Positions 26,902 through 39,465 of a stretch of DNA of 64,000 nucleotides are shown piece by piece; position 1 is the first letter of the stretch, and each line of letters opens with the position of its first letter. The stretch is taken from positions 9,263,709 to 9,327,708 of the forward strand of contig CM119267.1 of NCBI GenBank assembly GCA_051294375.1, given 5' to 3'. The stretch comes from Paraspadella gotoi. Lineage: Eukaryota; Animalia; Chaetognatha. Under the pieces are notes generated by a model. It was given only the letters and a program-made list of their open reading frames with translations, was not told the origin of the DNA and made no database searches. The position numbers and the translations under genes were made by a program.

Positions 26902-28905
26902 ATGGCTAAGGTTCACGCAATATCCGATTCGGACTCTGACGACGAAGCCCCAACTCAACGATCTGAGCCGCTGAAACCGACTAAACTGACTGAAACGACG
27001 AAAAAAGTATTTTCGATTTCGACGTTGATCGACGCCAGCTCTTCGGAAGACGAAGCGAGAACCGCGGGTCGCGAAGCTCTGTCGACATCCCGAAAACGTA
27101 AGAGCGATGCGCAGTCGAGAAATTCCAGCGATGAAGAGACGGATATTGACATCGAGATGGTTGAGAAACTAGAAAGGCGACACGAAAGGTCGAAGGCCAA
27201 ATGTGCGCGACTTGATAATTCGCAGGTCACATCTTCAGCTCACGCGGTCTCAGATATAGACGACCAGCCAGTCATTTCTAATGAGTTGGCTGACAAAGGT
27301 CAGCCAACTCGATCCGCATGCCGCTTTGGCCTTGATTGTTACCGACGCTTGCCTTCCCATTGGAACAAAGTAAGTCACCCGGACGAGGTCTCCTCGAATA
27401 GAAATGGTAAAACGGTTTGGACGCGTCCGAGTTTTTCCCAGCGATCTTTCGAAGATGATAGCGATCAAGAAGACGAAGCACCCAGCGCCGCATCTTTCGA
27501 CACCGAGAATATTCTTCAAGTAATCGAGGAGGCGCAGCCCTATGGTTACTATCTTACCAAAGTCGCCGGAATTGACGACCGCTTTAACCAGCGAGGCGCT
27601 CTCAGCTTGCGCGACATTTTATCTCCCTCGTTGGGAACCCTGGAAAGCAGCGTCCAATTCAGCTATCTCTTCGACCTCGAATGGATGATGAGCCAGTATC
27701 CGTCCGAAGCGCGATCAAAGCCTCTCTTAATTGTTCATGGCCTTCATCGTCAAGAAAAGGCCGAATTAGTCAATCAAGCAAGTCTTTTTTCTCCTTTTAT
27801 TAAGTTGTGTCAAGCCCGTTTGCCTGATCCGTTTGGGACGCATCACACAAAGATGATGATCCTCCAGTACAAGGAGGGACTCCGTGTCGCCATTACCACT
27901 GCCAATCTCGTGGCCAAAGACTGGTCCCAAAAGACGCAAGGGATATGGCTTTCACCTCTTTTTCCACTAGCCAACGATCTTGCACAGTCTAGTGACTCGG
28001 AGACTTGCTTTAAAAAAGACTTGATAGATTACCTTCGCGCTTATAAGGCTTCAGAATTAAAGCCGGTTGAAGACATGCTACAAAAGTATGATATGAGTTC
28101 AGCCAAAGTTTATCTTCTCGCTTCCATCCCTGGTCGACATCAAGGATCAGAAAAGTTTAAATGGGGTCACATGAGATTGCGTCGAATTTTGGAGGAAAAC
28201 GCTCCCCCAAAACCAGGAACGCCAACTTTAAACGTTAACATAGAGGAACCTCTGGGAAAGTCGTGGTATCTGACGGCGCAATTCTCCTCTGTCGGTTCAA
28301 TGGGCAGCAATGCGAATCAATGGCTCAACCGGGAATTCGCCCAAAGCCTTTCGGCCATGAACCCTCGAGGCAGAAGCGCGTTCGACTCTCTTGATGGCTC
28401 CGTTTCCAAACTAAAGCTCGTATTTCCTTGCGTTGAAGACGTCCGTAACTCTCTGGAAGGTTATGCGGCTGGCGCTTCCTTGCCTTACGCGCGAGCCACG
28501 GCCGCCAAGCAGGCCTGGCTGAAATCATTTATCCATAAATGGCGCGCCGATAAACGTGGTCGGACTTTGGCGGCACCGCATATCAAGTCTTTTGCTCAGA
28601 TCGATCCTTCGCATTCCAAGGCCGCCTGGTTTGTCTCGACCTCCGCCAATCTGTCTAAAGCAGCTTGGGGCGCCTTGGAAAAGAACCAGTCTCAACTTTT
28701 CATTCGTTCGTATGAGCTGGGAATCGTCTTTGTTCCCAAACGTTTGGATAAAAAATCTATCTTTTTCAACCTTGCCGAAGGATTTTTGGTTCCGATCGAT
28801 CTACCACTGACACCTTATGGACAATTTGATGAGCCATGGTTGTGGGATGTCAATTACACAAAGAAACTTGACTCGCATGGGGCGACCTGGGAACCTAATA
28901 AGTGA
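26902..28905 (+). CDS. TDP1: Tyrosyl-DNA phosphodiesterase 1 with a PBZ zinc finger
   Basis: GTHHTKMM and PHIKSF catalytic motifs, SANLSKAAWG, IRSYELG; PBZ-like CRFGLDCYRRLPSHWNKVSHP. Confidence 0.95.
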   Translation: MAKVHAISDSDSDDEAPTQRSEPLKPTKLTETTKKVFSISTLIDASSSEDEARTAGREALSTSRKRKSDAQSRNSSDEETDIDIEMVEKLERRHERSKAKCARLDNSQVTSSAHAVSDIDDQPVISNELADKGQPTRSACRFGLDCYRRLPSHWNKVSHPDEVSSNRNGKTVWTRPSFSQRSFEDDSDQEDEAPSAASFDTENILQVIEEAQPYGYYLTKVAGIDDRFNQRGALSLRDILSPSLGTLESSVQFSYLFDLEWMMSQYPSEARSKPLLIVHGLHRQEKAELVNQASLFSPFIKLCQARLPDPFGTHHTKMMILQYKEGLRVAITTANLVAKDWSQKTQGIWLSPLFPLANDLAQSSDSETCFKKDLIDYLRAYKASELKPVEDMLQKYDMSSAKVYLLASIPGRHQGSEKFKWGHMRLRRILEENAPPKPGTPTLNVNIEEPLGKSWYLTAQFSSVGSMGSNANQWLNREFAQSLSAMNPRGRSAFDSLDGSVSKLKLVFPCVEDVRNSLEGYAAGASLPYARATAAKQAWLKSFIHKWRADKRGRTLAAPHIKSFAQIDPSHSKAAWFVSTSANLSKAAWGALEKNQSQLFIRSYELGIVFVPKRLDKKSIFFNLAEGFLVPIDLPLTPYGQFDEPWLWDVNYTKKLDSHGATWEPNK

Positions 28906-29066
28906 TATTTTAAATTAATATTTTTTTTCCAATGCTTTACACTTTTGCTTAAGTTATTTCATGGTCATAATTGTCTTTTACTTTTTGCAGATTTTTCATT
29001 AGGCTTTTGAGCTTTCAAAAATTTAACTATTCCATTTTATTCCAATTGATTGTCAAATTTTATACG

Positions 29067-31282
29067 ATGGCCGCTCGTCCTGTGGTTTCTGTTTACAACG
29101 AGAAGAATGAGGTTGTGGCGGAGAAAGGTCTCCACCTTCCGGCGATTTTCAAGGCTCCTATCCGCCCTGATATCGTCAGCTTTGTTCACGACAAAATGAT
29201 GAAGAACACCCGGCAACCCTATGCGGTAGGATAATTTTCAATGAAAAATAAATAAAAGTTGGACAATGGTTATTAGGCCAGAACAGGTTGAAAACTAGAA
29301 GTTCTCTCAAATAAATAATGGTTCAGTGATTGTTAGAGAATATGAAAATAAAAATAATTTTTAAAATCTATCTTATTGATTAGAGCACGGAAGTATTTAA
29401 AGATTATTTTATTAATATATAAAGTTAAAATTTTTTTTTAATTTTCAATTTTTTTTTATAGATTCTGATAGAGCGTTAAAAGTTAGATAAAGGTTATTAA
29501 TACAACTTCTTAAATTTTTTTTAGTTTTATTGATACAAATTTAAAAAAAAATAAAATTCAGTCAATGATGATGATGATTTTTTAAGGTTTTTTTCTATTT
29601 TTAACCATTTTATTGTCAAAATTTAAAAAAAATTGTAGTACTAACTTTCATTTAACTTTTCAAGCTCTATAGGAATCCGTTCATAAAAAATAAAATTTAA
29701 ACAAAAAAATTTTTGTCATTTGTTATATATTAATAAATATTTAAAAGCTTCAGTGCAACAACTCAATGAACTAATTCAAAAAGTTGCATTGAAAATCGAT
29801 TTAGTAATAGAAGGAAAAATTAAATTTTTTTGAGAGAACAAGAAGTTATAAAATGTGTTCAATTTTGGCCCGCCTTAATGGTTATTGGTTAATAATTTCT
29901 GATTTATTTGTGACAGGTTAGCTCCAAGGCCGGTCACCAGACATCTGCCGCCTCATGGGGAACTGGTCGTGCTGTTGCCCGTATCCCGCGAGTTCGCGGA
30001 GGTGGCACTCACCGCTCTGGCCAAGGAGCATACGGCAACATGTGTCGCAGCGGTCGCATGTTCGCGCCGACCAAGACCTGGCGCCGCTGGCATCACCGCA
30101 TAAACACCAATCAGAAGCGCTACGCCATTTGCAGCGCTGTCGCTGCCACTGGCGTTCCTGCTCTTGTCATGTCGAAAGGCCACAAGATCGAGGAGATCCC
30201 CGAGGTCCCTCTCGTTGTCGACGATAAGGTGGAATCCATGCAAAAAACCAAAGAGGCTGTTGGTCTCTTGAGGAAGCTGAAGGCTTGGTCTGACGTGGAG
30301 AAGGTCTACAAGAGCAAAAGGTTCAGAGCTGGAAAGGGAAAGATGAGAAACAGGCGCCGAGTTATGAAGCAAGGCCCTTGCATAATCTACAACAGCGACA
30401 ACGGCATTAGGAGAGCTTTCAGAAATATCCCTGGTTAATATTTTATTTTTTACCATTTTTTTCTTACTATTTATTATTAATATTAAAATAATTTATTCGG
30501 CTCTTCCTCAGGTATTTCCTTGTTGAATGTGGAGAAGATGAACCTTCTTTCTCTGGCACCCGGTGGTCATGTTGGGCGCTTTTGCATTTGGACCGAAAGT
30601 GCGCTCAGCAAGCTGGATGCTCTTTACGGAACCTGGGTCAAACCATCGGCATTGAAGAGCAACTATAACTTGCCTCAGCCAACCATAGGCAACAGCGACT
30701 TGACCAAGCTGTTGCAAAGCAGCGAGATCCAGGTAGGTTTTTTAGATTTTATAATTCCTTTGACTTTTTGTGAGTTGAAACTTATGTGAGCATATTATGA
30801 AATTGATACAACCAATATAAAAATTCTCAATTCATTTAATAAATAAGCCCCTGTCTTTAGTGGTTTAAGGCCTCCATCACTCTTACAGGTCCCTGCAAGC
30901 TTTCAATCAAGACTCTCTCACTCATTATATAGGTTTCATATTATTATTGAATAATGACCTGATTTCGTGTTTAATTGTTCAGGCTGCCATTCGCGCGAAG
31001 AAAACTGGTTCCACCCGCACCAACTTCAAGCGTAATCCACTGAAGAATGCCAACGAAATGGCTCGTTTGAATCCTTTTGCCATCGCGCATAAGCGCGCGT
31101 CGCTGGCTATCGAGGCGCGAAATAAAATCGCCAAAGACGAGGCCAAGAAACCAGGAGCTGGCGAGAAGAGAAAGGCCCCCGCCTCAACCAAGTCAGCTAA
31201 GGCAGCCAAAACGCCCAAGGGCCCCAACGCAGCTAAGGGTGCAAAAGGAGCCGAAAAGAAAAAGCCAGCGCCCAAGAAATGA
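29067..31282 (+). CDS. RPL4: 60S ribosomal protein L4 (uL4), 4 exons
   Basis: [49 protein letters not shown]. Confidence 0.97.
29279..29520. repeat. AT-rich dispersed repeat, inverted copy at ~55497-55705
   Basis: GAACAGGTTGAAAACTAGAAGTTCTC... recurs reverse-complemented in a TRMT61-like intron. Confidence 0.75.
30812..30920. repeat. Intronic dispersed repeat, second copy at ~54700-54860
   Basis: Shared blocks TACAACCAATATAAAAATT, GTGGTTTAAGGCCTCCATCAC, CTGCAAGCTTTCAATCAAGACTCTCTCA. Confidence 0.8.
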
Positions 31283-31513
31283 TTCCCGACGCTGGACGTA
31301 ACAAGATTCGATGAAGCTATCCGACGGCGAAAATCTGTGCGATTTTGACAATTTAATTTGACATTCATTCCGACTGAAATATTTTAAGGTTCTTCAAAAT
31401 TGTCAATTGATTGTATAAGCTTTCTTTATAGTTGCTCAAAAGTTAAAATTTAAATAAAATTTGTTTTAAATTAAGATTTGTTTTTATTTGTTCTCTCAAG
31501 TTTTAACTTCATT

Positions 31514-33418
31514 ATGGCATTTTTTGACGAAGATTTAAACGTTGACTTCAATGCGGATGATGAGTTGGACGTAGATACAGAGGATAGGCATTACGGTGGT
31601 ACGGAAGCCCGTGTTTTTCTAATCGATGCTCATCAAAGGATGTTTGCTGAAGCCGCCCACGATGGCGACGAAGACGGCGAACGCCGCTCTTGTTTTATGA
31701 ACGCTCTTAATTCAGTCCTCGTTTCCATCCAACGGCGAGTCTTCAGCTCTAACGCTTCCCTCTATGCCGTCGTTCTCTACGGAACGAAGATTAACAAAAA
31801 CCCTAATTCCTTTGTTGGCGTCCATGTACTTCAGGACCTCGACTTAGTAGATCCGGACCGCATTCGAGAGTTGGAATCCCTGATCAGAGATTCGGACAAT
31901 TTTTCTTCGACGTTGGGTCATGCAGCATCAGAAGCCTCCTTAGGAGACGCCCTGTGGATGGCGAGTCACCTTTTTGCTGGAAGTAGGACGCGACTCGGCG
32001 AGAAAAGCGTCTTCCTCTTTACAAATGGGGAAGATCCCCACGCCGCTGACCCCGCGGCTCGTAGGAAGGCTTTAACCAAAGCCGCAGATCTCAAGGAGTT
32101 AGGTGTGGACTTGACTGTCTTACCGCTACGAAGCGCAGGAGAAGACTTTGATGTATCTGCCTTTTACGTCGACCTCTTGCAACTAAAGGAAAAGGATGAA
32201 GTGGAAGATCTGCGTCGTTGTGCATCGTCCACTTGGGGCGAGTTAGAAGCGCGCCTACGCGGTCTAGAGGATAAAAGACGCCGATTGGCGGCGCTACCTT
32301 TTCATCTGGGCAATGTATCCGGCGAAAGTCTGTCCTTCAGCGTCGGCCTTTACTCTATGGTGCGGGAAAGAGCGGAGCCTCGCGCCCTTGTGCGGTCGAC
32401 TCGCGACAACAAGACCGAAGTCAAGACAGTCACCAGAAAGTATTTAGGTGGGGAGGAGGGTGACGGCGAACTGTTGATTCCGAGCGATATAAAGAAGGGA
32501 ATCTCCTATGCTGGCAAGAACGTTCTCTTCGAGGAAGATGAGTTGAGACGAATCAAGGATTTTGGGAAACCGGGAATTCGGTTGTTAGGATTTAAGCCAA
32601 TCGATAGTTTGCAGTCCCATCATCACATTGGGCCGTCATCCTTTCTGTATCCTGATGAATCTTCGACGGAAGGCAGCTCTCGGCTTTTCGTCGCCCTTCA
32701 TCGTAAATGCCACTTGAAGAACAAAATGGCCATCGTCAAGATAATTCCCCGCCAGCACACTCCTCCCACGATGGCGGCTCTCATTCCTCAGAAAGAAGTT
32801 CTTGACGAGCATATGTTCCAGACGATACCTCCGGGGTTTTGGGTGAAGCCTTTGCCTTTCGCCGACGACTTTCGCGATCTTTCGTCTGTGATGCCCGAAG
32901 AGGATCCGGACGACGTCGAGGAATCGCGCGAAATAACCGACAGGATAATCAAAAAACTCACGTTTCGCTTTAATCCGCGAAATTTCGAGAATCCCGCCTT
33001 GCAGACCATGTACGGCGTCATAGAGACGATGGCGCTGGATAAAAACGATCCGCCGGAAGTAGAGGACGCCACCCTGCCACCCAGCGAAAAGATTGACAAA
33101 AAAATTTCCGCGCTTTGCGAGGATTGGAAACAAATTGTGTGGCCTTCTGGCTACAATCCGACCAAGCCACCGACGATAAAGAGACCTCCAGCCTCTTCGG
33201 GCGACAGCGGCACGTCGCCGAAGAAATCAAAAACAGAGAAAGAACCGATCAAGACGAAAACGGTGCAAGAGATGCAGGAAGCTTCGGAACAGAATAAAGT
33301 CAACAAGTTAACGATTCCCATTCTCAAACTATTTTGCAAGGAAAATTCCATCGTTAGCAAGGGAACGAAGAAGGATGATTTTGTACGAGCTATCAACGAA
33401 TATTTTGGAATAGAATGA
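31514..33418 (+). CDS. XRCC6: Ku70
   Basis: vWA VFLIDA and LFTNGEDPH, core LLGFKP, FLYPDE, PPGF, LPFADD, FENPALQ, C-terminal SAP domain; intronless. Confidence 0.95.
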   Translation: MAFFDEDLNVDFNADDELDVDTEDRHYGGTEARVFLIDAHQRMFAEAAHDGDEDGERRSCFMNALNSVLVSIQRRVFSSNASLYAVVLYGTKINKNPNSFVGVHVLQDLDLVDPDRIRELESLIRDSDNFSSTLGHAASEASLGDALWMASHLFAGSRTRLGEKSVFLFTNGEDPHAADPAARRKALTKAADLKELGVDLTVLPLRSAGEDFDVSAFYVDLLQLKEKDEVEDLRRCASSTWGELEARLRGLEDKRRRLAALPFHLGNVSGESLSFSVGLYSMVRERAEPRALVRSTRDNKTEVKTVTRKYLGGEEGDGELLIPSDIKKGISYAGKNVLFEEDELRRIKDFGKPGIRLLGFKPIDSLQSHHHIGPSSFLYPDESSTEGSSRLFVALHRKCHLKNKMAIVKIIPRQHTPPTMAALIPQKEVLDEHMFQTIPPGFWVKPLPFADDFRDLSSVMPEEDPDDVEESREITDRIIKKLTFRFNPRNFENPALQTMYGVIETMALDKNDPPEVEDATLPPSEKIDKKISALCEDWKQIVWPSGYNPTKPPTIKRPPASSGDSGTSPKKSKTEKEPIKTKTVQEMQEASEQNKVNKLTIPILKLFCKENSIVSKGTKKDDFVRAINEYFGIE

Positions 33419-33500
33419 AGATGATCTGCTCTGTGATATCATTTTGTTAATTCAGTCATTTATTTACACTTTTTTTTTTCCAAAGACTCAGTTTTTGACG

Positions 33501-35442
33501 ATGACAGCTGAACCTTCTAATCACCCTCGTGGATCCTTATTTTTTGATGATTCCGGTCCCGTCGGCGTCGAGTCCATCCCATCGACGTGGCAAGAAATGG
33601 GAAAGAAAAAGAAACGTGTCAAAGATCAAAATATCCAAACCCACCTGTCGAGCGCTCGGCACGGGCGCGGGGCGCAAACTTCTGAGCCCAAAAACGCGTC
33701 GTCGCAGACAAGCACGGAGTCGGATGACAAAGCTTTAAAAAAAGACGATTCGCCTGGTAAAAGACAGGCTCTGAATCATTTTAGATGCCGCCCTTCTTTC
33801 ACTTTATACAGAAATGTTTCTTTTCAGGACTGGCGGCCTTTCTTCGCAAGTGCGAGCCGGAAATTTCGCGGCTACTGACCTCAAACCTGTCCATCCGTGC
33901 TTTCGACCACTATATTCCCAACTGGCACGAGAACGAAGATTCCGCCGAGGCGCTCACTAAATCCTTCACCCTGACCTTCGACGGCGCCGTCGGTGTCGAG
34001 ACTGAAATCAGCGCCGTTGCCTGGAACTGCAACGGATCCGTCATCGCCGTCGCCTTCGGGTCTCAACGGCATTCTACCTGGTGTTCGGATCATAAAGGTT
34101 TGCAAAAATGGTACTCTTTCTCCAAAGCTTCAATGATAAATTGTCATTTCGATTAGGCGGAGTGGCTACTTGGAACGTGGACCGTGTTCGTATGAAGCAG
34201 AGTAATCCGGATCAGTGGCAAGAAACTACGAGTTGCTTAATGACCATTGAGTGGCACCCTGGTCTTCCCGCCGTGCTAGCTGGTGGGAATTTTCTCGGGG
34301 AGATACTCATTTGGAACTGGAGTAAAATGGACGAACCGTTATTGGGTAATAGTAACTATTCTGCACTCATTTTATTATACTAGTTAATAGTTATAGAAAA
34401 CTTCGGTTACTTCGTATTGTTTTTAGGCCAAACCGAAGCGGAGACCAGCGGACATCGGGAACCCATCAGTCAAATCCGTTGGTTACCGGACGAAAAGACT
34501 TCGGTGCATCGTCGTCAGCGTCTGGCGACGAGTGGAACGGACGGGCGAATCGTAATTTGGAATATTTCCCTATCTCACCCTTCGCGTCTCATTGAGCCCA
34601 TCAAGGCAATGGAGATACAGGCAGCGGATATTCCCAGAGATTTTCGCAACGATTTGGGGCGGTATTACGATCCAGGTAGTCATTTTTGAAATATTGTTTT
34701 TGTAAGTTGGATTAAAAAATGTTTAAAAATGTTTTATTTTGATGTTTCTTTTTTTATAGGAAAACGAGAGACTGGCATCAGTTCCATGGTATTATGCCTA
34801 GACTCAGCCCACGCCATCGTTGGTAATGAAACCGGCGCCATATTTCGCGCGAATCTTGGCGGTGCCGAGCCACAGCGCGACGCAGGAAATGACAAAACCA
34901 AGGCGAAGAACGACAGCCTCCGTAACTGGCAGGCAGCTCTGAAGGCCGCCCCAGAATCTCCCGTCGGCTTATCATACGATCCGGTTGATGGCCCCGTTTA
35001 CTCGGTCGATTTCAGCCCTTTTCACCGCAACCTTTTTCTCGCCTGCGGGTCTGACGGAACCGTCAAGATGTACAACCAGTTCCAAGCTTCGCCCTGTCTC
35101 GCCTTTACGCCGCCGGAGGGCCGAAACTTTCCTCTACTTTGCGTTAAATGGTCTCCAAAGCGCCCGCTTGTTTTCGCTATATGTTCTGCTAGTGGCGTAG
35201 TCTCCTTGTACGACCTGGGCAAGGGTACTACTCTTCCGTCCACGCAGTTTCGGCTCAATCCGAACCTTTCCTCGCCGGCTACCTCGCTCGCTTTCAACCC
35301 AAAGTTGCCGCTTATTGCCGTTGGCGTCAGTGACGGCTCCACGCAGATTTGGTCGCTTCCGGTGACACTGACGGAGCCATTGCCTCACGCTTTGCAGATT
35401 CTTAGTAGCATCGCCGGCGAAGATGCTGGGGAAACCAACTGA
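33501..35442 (+). CDS. DYNC2I2: WD40 dynein-2 intermediate chain (WDR34), multi-exon
   Basis: VAWNCNGSVIAVAFG, WCSDH, FSPFHRNLFL, WSPKRPLVFA. Confidence 0.88.
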
Positions 35443-35604
35443 ACCTTTTTTTTAGCGTCAACTTAATTCCTTTAATGGCACTAGTTCGCCTAGTTTTTAC
35501 ACTTTTTCTAGTCATTTTTATTGTATTGCGCGACACTAGATATCAATCCGTCCATTTTAAATTTACACTACAGAAAAATATTACCATAAACACAATAAAA
35601 CGGT

Positions 35605-38600
35605 ATGCCTTCGCTTTCGCCGACAATGGCGAAAGCGAACCCGATTCCGGAGCCTCCTGAAGGTTTCATTCGTCCCAGATGCTTTTTCGATGTTTCTCAA
35701 GAAGGGAAGAAAGGTAAGTTTCAAATCGTGGCCAAAGAAAATATCAGGAGGTTCAACTTCCCCGTCACAAGTTACGAATAAGTCGTCAATCAAATCAAAA
35801 ATGCTCAGGTTCATTGGGTCGCATAATATTCGAGTTGTTTAGCGACATTACCCCACGTACGTGTGAGAACTTTCGCGCCTTGTGTAACGGCGATCAGGGA
35901 ACTGGCAAAGCATCAGGAAAACCTCTCCATTACAAGGGTGCTCCCTTTCACAGGATCATCAAAAACTTTATGATTCAAGGTGTTTGACTCAGCCTGTAGT
36001 TTGTGTTATTTTTGTATTTTTTTATTGACGCCTACTTTCTCTTGCAAGGTGGCGACATCACCCATGGAAACGGAAAAGGGGGCGAGTCTATTTACGGAAG
36101 AACGTTTCCCGACGAAAACTTTGAGATGAAGCACGATCGACCCTACCTTTTGTCGATGGCTAACAGGTAACGTTACATTTTTCTAATGGACTTTTACAAT
36201 TTTTTTCAACGACGTTTTTAAAAATAGGGGCAAAGATACAAATGGATCTCAGTTCTTCATCACAACTCGTCCCACGCCCCACTTGGACGGAATACACGTG
36301 GTTTTCGGGCATTTAGTGTCTGGAAAAGAAGTTGTGTTCGAGTTGGAAAATCTCAGAGTGGACTCTAATCATAAACCTCCCCAGTTCACTTATATCGGAA
36401 ATTGTGGCGAGCTTGTGTTGAAGAAGAAGGCAAAAGTAAAAAGAGGAAGGGGCAAAAAGGCCAGCAGAAGGAGAACGGAGTCGGATAACAGCGACTCCGA
36501 TTCCGAATCAAGGTTGGCGAATACTGAATTCCGAATGAAAAATATTTAACCATATAGCTATTAGCCTATATGCTAATAATCCTCCTTAGTTCATCCTCAT
36601 CCTCGTCATCCTCGTCATCTTCGAGCGAATCGGTCTCTTCTTCCGATTCCGATTCAACAACTTCCTCGTCGTCCAGCGACGAAGAGAAGAGACGTAGAAC
36701 AAAAAAGAAGAAAAGGAAGATAAAGAAGTTAAAGAAGAAAAAGATGTTAAAAAAGGCGAACAAAAAGTTGAAAGAGGCCGTGAAAGAAGCGGACAAAAAG
36801 GCCGAAGCTATTCTCGACGGAAGACCTTTGAAAAAGAAGAAAAAAGGAGGAAAAGAGGTATGGATGTTGTATAATACGTATGATACGATAATTACAGCAT
36901 GATTTTTCTCGTTTGTAACATTTCGTGACAGTATATCTAAGAAACGGTAAAATTTAAAAAGATTAATGATAGTCGGTCTAGTTTTACATATTTGTAATGA
37001 GTCTTCTTTATTTGAAACTTCATCAACTTCATCAATCCAGTTTTCCATTTTTTTTTCCTGATGATTAAAAAGTACTTAAAATTAAAGCGAAAATAAATAT
37101 GAGGAAATGAACATGTAGCATTTTTTCTCTTCTTTAAAATAAAATAATATTTAAGTTAATTCAAATATCAAAATACCACTGAGAGCTAAAAAATGTAATT
37201 CAAGGGTATTAAAAAAGTTGCTAAGCATGAGTCATATTATTGTTCAATGCATGAAAACAAAACCTGTACCAAGTTTTAAAGAATAAAAATTAAAATATTT
37301 TATGTTACCCATTTAATAAAATTCTTTGAATTTTTTATTAACTATGAATTTTTTAAATTCGTGAAACATTAAAAGGTAAAAAAATCAAAAGTTAATCGAC
37401 AAATATGATGAGTTCATTTGGGCCTAAAAGTTAATACTAAAGACTTATTAGAATTATGTAAAAATTGATCGATCTAAAAATGCCAGACTATAAAATGAGC
37501 CATAATTTAAAAATCTTGGGTGAAGGGACTCTGAGATATCGCTACAGGAAATGTTACAATTAAGAAAAATCATACTGTATTTGGCTTTCATTACTTGGAT
37601 GCATTCTTCCATAAATTCTAGGAAATACTTCCGGTGGCGGTGACGCCTAGTGGCGGCCTTCATCCATTGCAACTTGCCGTTCCTGAGATTCGGCCCGAAG
37701 ATATTCCCGACGTTCCCGTCAACCGGTTCCTTTTACGGGGCGCGCCAACACCAGCACCAGCTGTCGCCTTGAGCTCCACCGACGCCGATGAGTCACAGAC
37801 TCTTCCAGAAACTTTTGGCGATGCCGCCACCGTCTGGAAATCGCAAACAGGAAAAACGTCCAAATCCGGAAGGAAGATGAAGGGACGAGGAGCCTTCAAG
37901 TTTCGCAGTCCCTCACCGGGTGGTGGTGATCGAAAGGAGAGAAATTATCGCGAGGGCAGAACCTGGGGTCGAGCAAAGAAAGACTTGCAGGAGAGAAATC
38001 GAGCCGAAGAGAGAGAACGGAAGGAGAGGAGAGAAAGAGAACGAAGGCGCTACGAGGAAAGGAGAGAAAGGAGGAATCAAAGAACTAGGGAGGATCGTCA
38101 CAGAGACAGGTGTCGGTTGTGTTGTCGGTAACGAAAACCGCGTAATTTTTAACAATAATTTTTACTAATTACTTATTCAGGACGAGAAGCCCCGTCAACC
38201 GTGGTCGACGCGAAGAACGACGCCGGCGGTCCGACGACGATAAGGCGAAAGAGAAATCACAGGAGAATCAGGGAAAGAAGAGGGAGGAAGAGGAAGGAGT
38301 CTCTGCTTTGGAGAAAAGGATGATTGAGGCCGACGAGGAAAGGAGGCAGAGAGAAGAGGAAGACATCTACGCCGGGAGAAGGTTAGTGGGAAAAAAGCTT
38401 TGAATTTGTGTTTTAAGTTTTTAAGCTAAGTAATAATCTTTGTTGGATTGTATTTCCCCCTCCTCTTCAGGTGGGAGCACGAATCTCCCTCTCCCGAGCA
38501 TTCACCGCCTCCCGTCCATTCCCCGTCGGTTTCACCCCCGGTTCAGCCCTCATCTCCCTTGCCGTCTGCTCGGCGATCGTCGGGTCAGAGTGGCGAAAAA

Positions 38601-38918
38601 TGGGACTGGAAGCGTGAGCGACCCCGTGAGACCGAGTCTCGCAATGAGGCCCGCCGGTTAAGCAGAGAAGGATCTCTCGAGAGGGACCGAGATCGTTTAA
38701 GCTCCCGAGAACGTCGGCGACAATCTGAAAGGACCCGATCCCGGAGCCGCGATACAAAGGGTGAAGGAGGTCGAAACAAGGGTGACCAATCTCCAGGCAA
38801 AAAAAAATTCAAGCGATACTATGATGAAGACGACTATGACCTAAGTGATCGCGACCGGTCTAAGTCGCCTTCGGAAAGACATCGAAGAAGGCATAGTGAA
38901 ACGTCACGACAGAAATGA
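35605..38918 (+). CDS. PPIG: Nuclear SR cyclophilin (PPIG/NKTR family), multi-exon
   Basis: [67 protein letters not shown]-rich tail. Confidence 0.85.
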
Positions 38919-39465
38919 TGTTTTGTAATTTTTTTTTAATGGCGCTTACTGATATTTCGAAGAGAAAATAATAATATAATTTACTTCCAAAACGTTAAAA
39001 AAATTGTTTTGTTAACTTGAAATTTTTCACATTATCGTCAACAATGAATGAAAGAATTTTACAAAAAGTGTATTATTCAAAGAAGTTTCCACAACGGTAA
39101 TTGAAAAAGAGCTTCTTCTGACGCAGTTACTAATTCATGAGTTGTGACAGTTAGATTTGAGCCAAAGAATCATACTATTTTATCGGTCTCTTGTCGGCTT
39201 TGTTTTTAGAGTTGAAGTAACGAGGTATAAAATAATTTTGTTCTATTAGATTTATATCAGTAGAGCAATGTTGACTTTTGAATAAGCTAAGATAAGATCG
39301 ATCGAGATCGAATTCTTGTTTGATCCATTTAAATATCAGTAACGAGTCGGTTACCGGTCCACATGGGATCCTCTTTAAATTCTCAAATTAAAAAAACTAC
39401 CACGTTTTTCAATGTTTCAATTTATTTTTTTCATTGACAAGCCTGTGAAATTTATTTGAACAAAA

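Noticed and set aside
29226-29916. Intronic snoRNA in RPL4
   Set aside because: A C-box-like ATGATGA occurs in a GAT repeat with no suitably spaced D box or terminal stem; part of the intron is a dispersed repeat.
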